IMG/VR virus record: IMGVR_UViG_3300027714_000014
Location: 1,460-65,459 of that record
Length of the DNA: 64,000 bases
Source of the DNA: a virus
Lineage: Duplodnaviria; Caudoviricetes
Reading direction: 5' to 3' (one strand)
Shown: positions 46,828 through 55,247 of the stretch, piece after piece
How positions within the stretch are numbered: the stretch's first letter is position 1
Layout of the letters: the number at the start of each line of letters is the position of its first letter
The notes under the pieces: generated by a model
The model's database searches: none
Seen by the model: only the letters and a program-made list of their open reading frames with translations
Told to the model about the DNA's origin: nothing
Position numbers and translations under genes: made by a program

Positions 46828-48544
46828 TTTTTCTCTCCTTGAGTTTATTACCGATCCTAGATAGGATAGTTTCTTTTTGTTCTCCGTAACCAGCTTTCAA
46901 CGACCTCATCATGTCTTTGTAAGACTTTGCAATTTGCATTTGATATTTTTCTTTATCTGCTGGACGCCTCATTGTATTATATTTATTCTGAACTGCTTGA
47001 GCAATCTTAGAATTAACTTTGTGTTTACCATCGGCAAACTCTACTTCATAAGATCGTAATGAAACTGCTTTCCTTAGTTGCATGATGATATTCTTAGATG
47101 CAGCCTTTACATCATCATCAGTTGCAGTATTATCTACATCAGCAGGATCAACCGATTTACCTTTACGCATGGCCTTCATTGCATCAGCACGAGCAGATGC
47201 TTCAGCAAGTGAGTAACCCTGTTTGATATATTTGTCTTGGTCTTTCTTATCAATAACAATGACTTTATTTTTCTTGACAACCATCACCTCTTTATTAGGA
47301 TCAATTAACTGTCTTGCAGATTTTTCTTTGGCTTCATCAATATCTTCTTTCTTATCTTTCTTTTTCTTTCCTGATGTAACACGCATCGGACCACCACCAA
47401 AATTTCCACCGTATTCATCAAGTTCATCTTCTTCTTTCTTATCTTTCATACGTTTTTTTATGCGTTTAGTTGTAGCATCCTGTTTGGAAGTTGTCATTGG
47501 GGCGGCTTCATCAAGTTCAACATCTTCTGGAACATATTCATTCTTCTGCATCATTTTCATTGCCAGAGTTGCAAGTTTGATAATGGGAAGTTTTTCCATC
47601 TTCTTCTTGTTTGCGTCATTTACCTTGTCATAGATTTGCGAAATAGCAGATGCAGTGAAGGAATCAACCATAGTACCATCAATCTTTGCAGCAGATTTCT
47701 TGGAGGCAATCTCTTTTACCTTGTCGATAACACTCTCATCAAGTTCAACTTCTTCTCTATAGCGAGAATATTCTCCAGTTGGCGTCAAGGCCTTTACTTC
47801 TTCTTTGATACCCAACCTCTTCATGTGACTTTTAACCATCGGCCGAATATCATCATTAGGGTTCTTATCTGCATAATCATCCAAATCATCAGACATTTCA
47901 TCATCGCCGATAATATCATATAATTTATCTGAGGCATCTTTCGCCTTTAGAGGCTTAGAAAGCAATTTCTTGAGTGCAGCCATTTCCTTTGGTGTTTTTG
48001 GTAATGCCCATGTTCCTTCATCAAGATCAACTTCTTCTTTGATCAATTCTTCATCATCGTAAGATTGAACCTTACCATCAGAAAATTTTACAGTATAAGC
48101 ACCTTTATTTCTTCCTGTACCAACTTTGTGGATAACTCCAGATTGTCCGTTATGAGTTTCGCCCTCAAATTCAGTATCAATCTTTACTTTGTCTCCCGTC
48201 TTAAAACCTTCATCAAGATCAACTTCTTCTTTATACATATTCAACTCAAATGGTTTTGAACCACCCTTGTTGTATACTTGAATTTGGACAGCACCCTTAT
48301 CACCTTTTAGACGATAAGTGTTTGTCTTACCTTCTGATGGTTTACTGGGGCCAGTTGCAACTTTGGCATCAATCTCTTTAGGGTCAATAGTAATACCATG
48401 ATGTTTCTTTGCTACGTGATATGCATGTTGCATAGCAGAAGAAAAGTCTTTGTGATAAAGTTCATACTTAGCTTCAGCAAAACGAAGCTTCGTGGACTCC
48501 ATTTCTCGTAATGCATCGCTCATTGTTTTTATATATACAGTCAT
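46820..48544 (-). CDS. multi-module internal head polyprotein
   Basis: Repeated EEVDLDE/EEVELDE/EDVELDE linkers between small domains. Confidence 0.65.
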   Translation of the reverse strand: MTVYIKTMSDALREMESTKLRFAEAKYELYHKDFSSAMQHAYHVAKKHHGITIDPKEIDAKVATGPSKPSEGKTNTYRLKGDKGAVQIQVYNKGGSKPFELNMYKEEVDLDEGFKTGDKVKIDTEFEGETHNGQSGVIHKVGTGRNKGAYTVKFSDGKVQSYDDEELIKEEVDLDEGTWALPKTPKEMAALKKLLSKPLKAKDASDKLYDIIGDDEMSDDLDDYADKNPNDDIRPMVKSHMKRLGIKEEVKALTPTGEYSRYREEVELDESVIDKVKEIASKKSAAKIDGTMVDSFTASAISQIYDKVNDANKKKMEKLPIIKLATLAMKMMQKNEYVPEDVELDEAAPMTTSKQDATTKRIKKRMKDKKEEDELDEYGGNFGGGPMRVTSGKKKKDKKEDIDEAKEKSARQLIDPNKEVMVVKKNKVIVIDKKDQDKYIKQGYSLAEASARADAMKAMRKGKSVDPADVDNTATDDDVKAASKNIIMQLRKAVSLRSYEVEFADGKHKVNSKIAQAVQNKYNTMRRPADKEKYQMQIAKSYKDMMRSLKAGYGEQKETILSRIGNKLKERKNG

Positions 48545-48548
48545 TTTT

Positions 48549-51068
48549 TTAACCCTTCATCAAGTCTGTTACTGACTTACCAGACCAAAACTTACAAGAC
48601 CAGTATCCTGCTGTTGTTTTATCTTTCTTTTGATCACAATTGTGTCTTGCTCTAAATGCTTTTCTGCGTGCTGGATCATCTCGTTTGATAGACATATTTG
48701 GATCACCAAACTCGACTTTTACCACATTTCCCTTGTCATTTTTGACATAAACTTTGTATTTCTTTACATCACCTTTTGTAGGATTATTTAGTTCTTTCCC
48801 ACTCTTATCATCTTTTTCTGTAACTTCGCCCCACTCATTCAGTTCTGCTTCTTCTGGCACACAATTGGGAACTTCTTTGTTACCCTTTTTCTTCATACCA
48901 ACCTGTTTGTATCCAACCCAACAGGCTTCTTCAATTTGTTCAACTTGTTTTGCAAGGTCTTTATCTGCCTTACCCCAAGTCCCCGACGATTTAGTTACGA
49001 ATGAATTGACCCTTGCAAATGCCCACTGTTGTGGAGTTGCGCCAGGGCGATGACCCGTTTTAAATGCAGCCATACCACGGTCATATACCTTTTTAAGAAT
49101 AGAGTATGGCATGCCAGATTTCTCTGCTTTATTTATAAGACCCTTAATTTTTTCATCAAGCTGATAAGCTTCATTTTTTGAAAGATATGCCGCAATCGCC
49201 ATATCTTTTCGTTTCTCCTTGGATTTACCTTTAAACTGGGGTGCATCAGAGTTAGTGAAATCATCTATATAATCTCCTTGATCTGCGCCACTAGGTAACT
49301 TCTCACCAAACATTTGTTTAAACTTTTTAGTATGAGTTGATGGTTTGGTTTTGGCGCTATCGCCAGGAGCAGGCCCAGCTTTCTTTTTCTTGAAATGAGC
49401 ATCTCTTTTATCTTTAGTAGACTTTGCCATATCACCAGCATAATATTTTGCTGGTTGACTTCCCTTCTTATCATCAACTTCTTTGTCTTGTTTGACTTCG
49501 CTAATTTGTTTAACGAATGATTTAAATGATTCTGGTTGTAATTCTGACTTCAGTTCCTTGGGAAGTTTACCATCATCAACTAGTTTGTTGATATACTGCA
49601 TAAGAGTTCTACCCGTGTATCCGTCATAATTACGAGCAATTGTACCTGCAATATAAGAAGCAGTCTTGTTTTTTAGTTTTGGGTCTGCCATAGCATCAAC
49701 ATAGCTTTTTGTCATTTTTTCAAAATCTTTTGGGTGACTCATCTGATCAAGTTTTGCTTTTGCTTTCCTAAACCATGACATCTCATCAAGGTCAACTTCT
49801 TCTGCAATCTTCACAGACATAAAGTCAGGCATTTTGTCTAGATAAATTGCAAACCCACCCCGTTTTTTAGTATCGTGATATGTGAGATGCGCTTTGCGTC
49901 CATCTTTACTTTTTGTAATCTTATTAACAACCATTTTGTCGGATTCTGCTGGAAGTTTCTTCTTTGGGTCTGTAATACCAGCCACAGTATATGGACGTTT
50001 TGCTTTATTAAGAATAATCGTGTCACCCTTTTTAATATCAGGTGCAGAAGCTTCACGCAATCGTGGCTCTCTGCGATTCTTCGATGGGTCTTCATTGCGT
50101 AAGTTCTCAGGAGAGTTGTTCAGTGGGTCATTGTCCCTATGTCCGACATCCATACCCTTAACTACTTTATCACCCATTGCTCTACGAGCTTTATTACGAG
50201 AACTTCTACGTTCTATTTGATCAGGACGGCCAGCGTAATTGTCATACTCTTTTCTATAGTTTCTCTCATTTAAAGAGATATCATATAACCACGCTTTATG
50301 AACTTTACCTTGGCCGTCCATGTATCCTATGTAATTCGTTCCTCTGTTTACTACTCGACCTTCAATACCATTTGCCTCAACCAAATCATCTATATTCCAC
50401 AACTTACCTGTGAGATAATCATCTCTCATTTCTTCGTAAGCATCCATTGGGCCCATATCTCGTTCTTCACGGATATTCATGTATTTTCTTACGTCACGGA
50501 ATAGTTTTTTACCATCAGTAAATTTAGAAGGGAGTCCTAATTTAAAAGAATCAAAATCCCCATCAGCAGCTGCTTTTCTCATCTTGGAAGCAGATATACC
50601 TTCAACACCTTCTGCATCAGGGTCACGTTCTCCAGCAGACACAACTTTTATAGAATCAAATTTAAATACTTGTTTTCCTGATTTATCAGGAGCATCATTA
50701 TATCTATTAAGAAGTTTTGTAAACTCAGCTACACGGTCAGAACCAGCAACCATTGTGAAATTCTTATAACCTTCTTCAGATAAAATAGTTGCAACATCAA
50801 TAAAAGTTTTTGCACTCTTATCAACCGTTATAGCCTTCTTATGAGCTGGAAACATTTTACGCATATATGCGGTTTTTAGTGCATGGGGCAGGGGGTCTTT
50901 GGCAGGGTTCTGTGTAAAACTTGGATAAATTCTGTATTCAGAACCATTAGCAACTTTCTTAGTCATATCACACAATTTCTCATGGCCAACTGTTGGCGGG
51001 TTCATCCGCCCGAAAGCTATTGTGATATCAGAATCTTTTGCTTCTGAAATTTCAGAAAACTTCTTCAT
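48549..51068 (-). CDS. cytidylyltransferase-like (HxGH) multidomain internal head protein
   Basis: FGRMNPPTVGH, VAGSDRV, SAGERDPD, SASKMR; followed by HNH-like and further small domains; late promoter at 51102-51109. Confidence 0.78.
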   Translation of the reverse strand: MKKFSEISEAKDSDITIAFGRMNPPTVGHEKLCDMTKKVANGSEYRIYPSFTQNPAKDPLPHALKTAYMRKMFPAHKKAITVDKSAKTFIDVATILSEEGYKNFTMVAGSDRVAEFTKLLNRYNDAPDKSGKQVFKFDSIKVVSAGERDPDAEGVEGISASKMRKAAADGDFDSFKLGLPSKFTDGKKLFRDVRKYMNIREERDMGPMDAYEEMRDDYLTGKLWNIDDLVEANGIEGRVVNRGTNYIGYMDGQGKVHKAWLYDISLNERNYRKEYDNYAGRPDQIERRSSRNKARRAMGDKVVKGMDVGHRDNDPLNNSPENLRNEDPSKNRREPRLREASAPDIKKGDTIILNKAKRPYTVAGITDPKKKLPAESDKMVVNKITKSKDGRKAHLTYHDTKKRGGFAIYLDKMPDFMSVKIAEEVDLDEMSWFRKAKAKLDQMSHPKDFEKMTKSYVDAMADPKLKNKTASYIAGTIARNYDGYTGRTLMQYINKLVDDGKLPKELKSELQPESFKSFVKQISEVKQDKEVDDKKGSQPAKYYAGDMAKSTKDKRDAHFKKKKAGPAPGDSAKTKPSTHTKKFKQMFGEKLPSGADQGDYIDDFTNSDAPQFKGKSKEKRKDMAIAAYLSKNEAYQLDEKIKGLINKAEKSGMPYSILKKVYDRGMAAFKTGHRPGATPQQWAFARVNSFVTKSSGTWGKADKDLAKQVEQIEEACWVGYKQVGMKKKGNKEVPNCVPEEAELNEWGEVTEKDDKSGKELNNPTKGDVKKYKVYVKNDKGNVVKVEFGDPNMSIKRDDPARRKAFRARHNCDQKKDKTTAGYWSCKFWSGKSVTDLMKG

Positions 51069-51120
51069 TCAAATTGCTCCATATGTCTAAATTATTTTAA
51101 CTATTTATACGATATAGATT

Positions 51121-52485
51121 CTATAGATTAAAGTTTTTCCAAATATACATTGGATACTCATCCATCACATCAAAAATGTTTGGATGAAGCATCAAAGCAC
51201 GACGATATGGACTCCATTTGATACCTCTGCCCCAACCAAGAAAATCCATGATTTCTTTTTTAGTTGCAGGGCCTTTCTTGATAAACTCTATAATATCCAA
51301 AAGTCTATCAGTTTTACAGTCACGTAATATATTAGGAGCCCTCATTACTTTCTGTCGATCAAGCAAGTCATTCATGTAATCATTCATCTCAATTACACTA
51401 TCTTTGTAGATAAGATTTTCACGAATACAATCTAGAGCCTGTTCTGCTTGCTCATTTCTAAACTGAGGATCATCAAGATATGTATTCATAAGCATCAATG
51501 CTTCATGGTCATCCTCAAAGAAATCACCTTTGGCATTCAGTTCGTGATAGTATGACGCATCAAACATAATATATGGAACACCATTCATCATACCATCAGT
51601 CATTGCAACAGACCAACCACCATACTTTTGTTTAGGCGAAAATCCCATATAGCAGTTTTGCAATCCTTTATAGTACCACTGCTTGTCACCTTTGTTTGTG
51701 ATAACATAGTCACGATTAGGTTTATCTAGTAATGGTATCCAAACTTTAAAGTCTTGTCTTAACTTCCACAACTCATCACAAACAGCAATAAACTGTTTGA
51801 AGTGTTTATAAGTATCTGGTCTGTGATTGAACACGATAATCTTTTCTGGTGTTTCATTTATTTTAGATACAATATCACTCTTATTAACGCCCAAATGTTG
51901 TACAGTTAGAATATTGTCCAGTTTCTCTATTGTAGCATCATTAAAGGTTTCTTTTGCTTGTTCAATGACCAACTCTTTTTGATGTTGTGTGTTCAAATAA
52001 CATCTATCGTATTCCAATAGCCCAGTAATATTTTGTAGAAAACTATCTTTAGGCCAGGCAACAACAGATTTAAGATCAAACCAGTGAGCATATCCAAAAA
52101 CTGGTGGAACATGATGGGTTGTATTATACATTGTGTTTACTAGTTGATGTGTATGCTCAGGTAAGTGTGACATGACTAAATCAAAGTCATATCCCTTATG
52201 TAACATTTTGCGTATAACATCAACTCTGAAATTGCTTCTCATAGTTTGAGGGTAAGTTTCAAAGTCAATGTACAATTGTGTTACATTATCAAATACAAGA
52301 GATGGAACTGAGCATGGAAGAATCAAGTAGAACCAGAGGTCACTACGAATTTCATTCAATAGCAAAATCTGGTTCTTAATGACTTGGATGTAACTGTCTT
52401 TCTCCAAGTCTTCTTGAAAAGTGATGTTAGGGTACACAAGCACCCTAACAGTTTTCACCTTCTTCTTATCGTCAAAGAGTTTCAT
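51121..52485 (-). CDS. GT-B glycosyltransferase-like protein
   Basis: IVFNHR...YGGWSVAMTDGMMNGVPYI, GT4-like nucleotide-binding segment. Confidence 0.72.
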   Translation of the reverse strand: MKLFDDKKKVKTVRVLVYPNITFQEDLEKDSYIQVIKNQILLLNEIRSDLWFYLILPCSVPSLVFDNVTQLYIDFETYPQTMRSNFRVDVIRKMLHKGYDFDLVMSHLPEHTHQLVNTMYNTTHHVPPVFGYAHWFDLKSVVAWPKDSFLQNITGLLEYDRCYLNTQHQKELVIEQAKETFNDATIEKLDNILTVQHLGVNKSDIVSKINETPEKIIVFNHRPDTYKHFKQFIAVCDELWKLRQDFKVWIPLLDKPNRDYVITNKGDKQWYYKGLQNCYMGFSPKQKYGGWSVAMTDGMMNGVPYIMFDASYYHELNAKGDFFEDDHEALMLMNTYLDDPQFRNEQAEQALDCIRENLIYKDSVIEMNDYMNDLLDRQKVMRAPNILRDCKTDRLLDIIEFIKKGPATKKEIMDFLGWGRGIKWSPYRRALMLHPNIFDVMDEYPMYIWKNFNL

Positions 52486-53966
52486 GCGGCCTCTTTAGTT
52501 TTAAGCATCTCCATGAAATCATCACCATGCATATTCGACTTCTTGATGTTAATCCTCTTAGAGCAAACTACAAGATTGGAATATTCAGTAACACCACCAA
52601 GAGCAACACCGAACGAGCGAGGGATAAAGTGATCCCCAGCAAGGTCATCTTCAACAATAGGTTCGTCAGTGTAGAAACACTTACCGCCCTGTTCTTGCCA
52701 CTTCTTCAAGATTTCTGAACGAGTGAATGATACCCTTGGATCAAGTTTTATCAAACCCATCTGAACTTCCTTCTCTGGAGAAGGAAACAAAGGACTTTCA
52801 AGATACTCTATATCAAGAACCTTAAAGATGGTTTTGATAGCATTACCATTCTTACCATTAAAGAGTTCATTAAACTCCTTCATCTGATTACCATTATCCA
52901 TCGTTTCATTCATATACAACTTTGTAGTTGTATCACTCCAACGAGTATAGATATCAAAGAATGCTGGAGAATACTTTTCTGGTACAACATTAAATCCACG
53001 ATTTTGAGATTCAACAGCATACAATACAAGCATCAGTGAAGTCATAGGATTCAACTTTACCTTATATTCTACTGGTACAGCCTTCAATATAGCAAGAGCA
53101 AGATTAAGGATATCTTCAATCTTCTTCTTATCCTTAAACTTAACGACATAATCACCGTTAGGAGACTGAACCTTCTCAGCCCAGAGATAATGACCATCCT
53201 GTGTGATTCCAGAGCGCCAACCATTTATTACTAAGTAGATAAGAGAAGATAACCACTCATCAACTTCCATGTGTCCACCCAAGGTAAACTTACTAGAGAA
53301 GTGTTTCAAGTACGACTTTTCTACACCCTTCTTTATAACAGTGTAGCGTTCAAATAAAAGATGGGGATCAAGTTTTACAGCAGGATCATCGTTTCCACGA
53401 GCAGTATCACGAACATACTCAGAATAAAAACCAAGGATTGCATTACGAAGTTCTTGTGGCCTCATACCATTCACGTTGTTAAGCACATTGATAAAAAGGT
53501 GAGCAGTTTGAAGATCAGTTAAATCTTCATACCACTTACAAGTGATACGATAATCCTTGATGCGCTGATAGATTTTTGGGTATGAGGCAAGGAGTTCTCC
53601 AGCAACCATTCCACCGATATCACAAAAATCTACTACTAATCCTTCAGGCATTGGATAATCACCATCAAGGTAATCAGTGATTGAAGTGATCCTCTGCTGA
53701 CCATCAATGATTTCATAGCAATAACCACCATCAGTTTTTATAACACGAATATGGACTTCTGGGATACGAGCATAGGTATTCAATAGAACCGTAAGCATTA
53801 TGTTCTGCTTCCATTCTTCAGTAGTGACCTTTTCACGTTGATAAGCACGTTGCTGAGTATTGATATTGGGGTTTGTTGTCCAAAGGACAGATAAGTCTCC
53901 GTTGTTGCATGGTACTTCACTTTTACCGAAATACGTCTCGGCGTCTTCACAGGCGTAATATGTCAT
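52482..53966 (-). CDS. DUF262 + HNH nuclease (GmrSD/SspE-like)
   Basis: YQREKV..W, IIDGQQRITSI, FINVLN; C-terminal KCFYT...DHFIPRS..GG....NLV...N..K. Confidence 0.8.
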   Translation of the reverse strand: MTYYACEDAETYFGKSEVPCNNGDLSVLWTTNPNINTQQRAYQREKVTTEEWKQNIMLTVLLNTYARIPEVHIRVIKTDGGYCYEIIDGQQRITSITDYLDGDYPMPEGLVVDFCDIGGMVAGELLASYPKIYQRIKDYRITCKWYEDLTDLQTAHLFINVLNNVNGMRPQELRNAILGFYSEYVRDTARGNDDPAVKLDPHLLFERYTVIKKGVEKSYLKHFSSKFTLGGHMEVDEWLSSLIYLVINGWRSGITQDGHYLWAEKVQSPNGDYVVKFKDKKKIEDILNLALAILKAVPVEYKVKLNPMTSLMLVLYAVESQNRGFNVVPEKYSPAFFDIYTRWSDTTTKLYMNETMDNGNQMKEFNELFNGKNGNAIKTIFKVLDIEYLESPLFPSPEKEVQMGLIKLDPRVSFTRSEILKKWQEQGGKCFYTDEPIVEDDLAGDHFIPRSFGVALGGVTEYSNLVVCSKRINIKKSNMHGDDFMEMLKTKEAA

Positions 53967-54060
53967 CTTTTCTCCTTTCGAGAGATTTAATGTGTTGGGT
54001 TTACCCTAGGCAAACATTTAACACAAGTTTTCGATGGGGACAATTCCTCATCTTATATAG

Positions 54061-54089
54061 AGTATAGACTAATTTTATATCTTTGTCAA
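54061..54089 (-). promoter_or_regulatory. sigma70-type early promoter of the DUF262-glycosyltransferase operon
   Basis: TTGACA-N17-TATACT. Confidence 0.75.
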
Positions 54090-54104
54090 GGACTTTTTTA
54101 CATT

Positions 54105-55247
54105 TTATCGAATTATATCTATCTTATTCATGGTATCTTCATTCCATACCTCAAGCTCCTTTCTAATTCTTCCGTCAGCAACTATATTGTTATATCGTTT
54201 AATAGCTTTTTTCTTCCACCAATTAACGATATTCTCCATCTCAAATTTATCATACTGATCACCCTTTATCAAGGTATCGGTTTTACCAAGCAGAACATCC
54301 TTTGCATTGGAATATCCATATGTACTCATGAAGAAACGTTTTTTGGTTGTGACATCACTCGCCTTAGCAATAGCATCACAAAAGATTTTATACCCTTTAG
54401 CATCATACTCTTTCAAACTATTTTTAATAATAGATACAAACTTAGTCTGCATCTTTAATTTTCTGCTTGCTGTAGGTATTCCCTTATCTGTCTTAACTGG
54501 AACTAACTCTTCACCACCATTTCTTTCAGTAAACCAATCTTTCAGCTCTGGATAGATTTCTTCCCCCAATGTCAATAGAAATTTAGATTCCGTCATACCT
54601 TGGAATCTCAAATATGGCCGCATACCGTCATACATCGAAGCTCCACCATTTGCAGTTTTCAGATTTCCATATAAAGATGTGGTTTCGAATAAACAAAACT
54701 CATTATTATACTTCTCATTTAACATTCTACGAGTGTCGTGTGAACAGCAGATGGCAGCAAGTAATTTACCACCAAGACAATTAAATCCAAATGGTTGTGC
54801 GGGTACAATATTAAAACCCATGATTGCACGATGATTGAATATATCTAAATCTGGCACACCACCAAGGAAATCATTACGAGGTTTACTATTAATCAGTGGA
54901 CTACCATATCGAATGAAACCTACAATAGTGTTCGTACTCTTTTCTTTAACTACAAGCTTCAATGCCTTGCCTGGATTTTCATCAGGAGAAAATGAAGCAG
55001 TCTTCTCAATTAAAGTGTCAAACACTTCGCCTGGAACTTTTACAACTTCGAAATCCATATCTTCTGGATGCATATTATAATCTTGAAACAATTCATCTTC
55101 AATACTCATACCTGGCAGACCAGCTGGCATATCCTTTACTCGTTCAATCTTTCTTGCACGAAAATAATCATCGATACGATTGAAATCTTTAAAGTAGTTC
55201 ATTACTTTATGAGCAACATAAAATGTATCTTGTTTTTCTAAAATCAT
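54105..55247 (-). CDS. DUF4338 (DruA-like) family protein
   Basis: VPAQPFGFNCLGGKLLA; FETTSLYG; SMYDG. Confidence 0.6.
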   Translation of the reverse strand: MILEKQDTFYVAHKVMNYFKDFNRIDDYFRARKIERVKDMPAGLPGMSIEDELFQDYNMHPEDMDFEVVKVPGEVFDTLIEKTASFSPDENPGKALKLVVKEKSTNTIVGFIRYGSPLINSKPRNDFLGGVPDLDIFNHRAIMGFNIVPAQPFGFNCLGGKLLAAICCSHDTRRMLNEKYNNEFCLFETTSLYGNLKTANGGASMYDGMRPYLRFQGMTESKFLLTLGEEIYPELKDWFTERNGGEELVPVKTDKGIPTASRKLKMQTKFVSIIKNSLKEYDAKGYKIFCDAIAKASDVTTKKRFFMSTYGYSNAKDVLLGKTDTLIKGDQYDKFEMENIVNWWKKKAIKRYNNIVADGRIRKELEVWNEDTMNKIDIIR

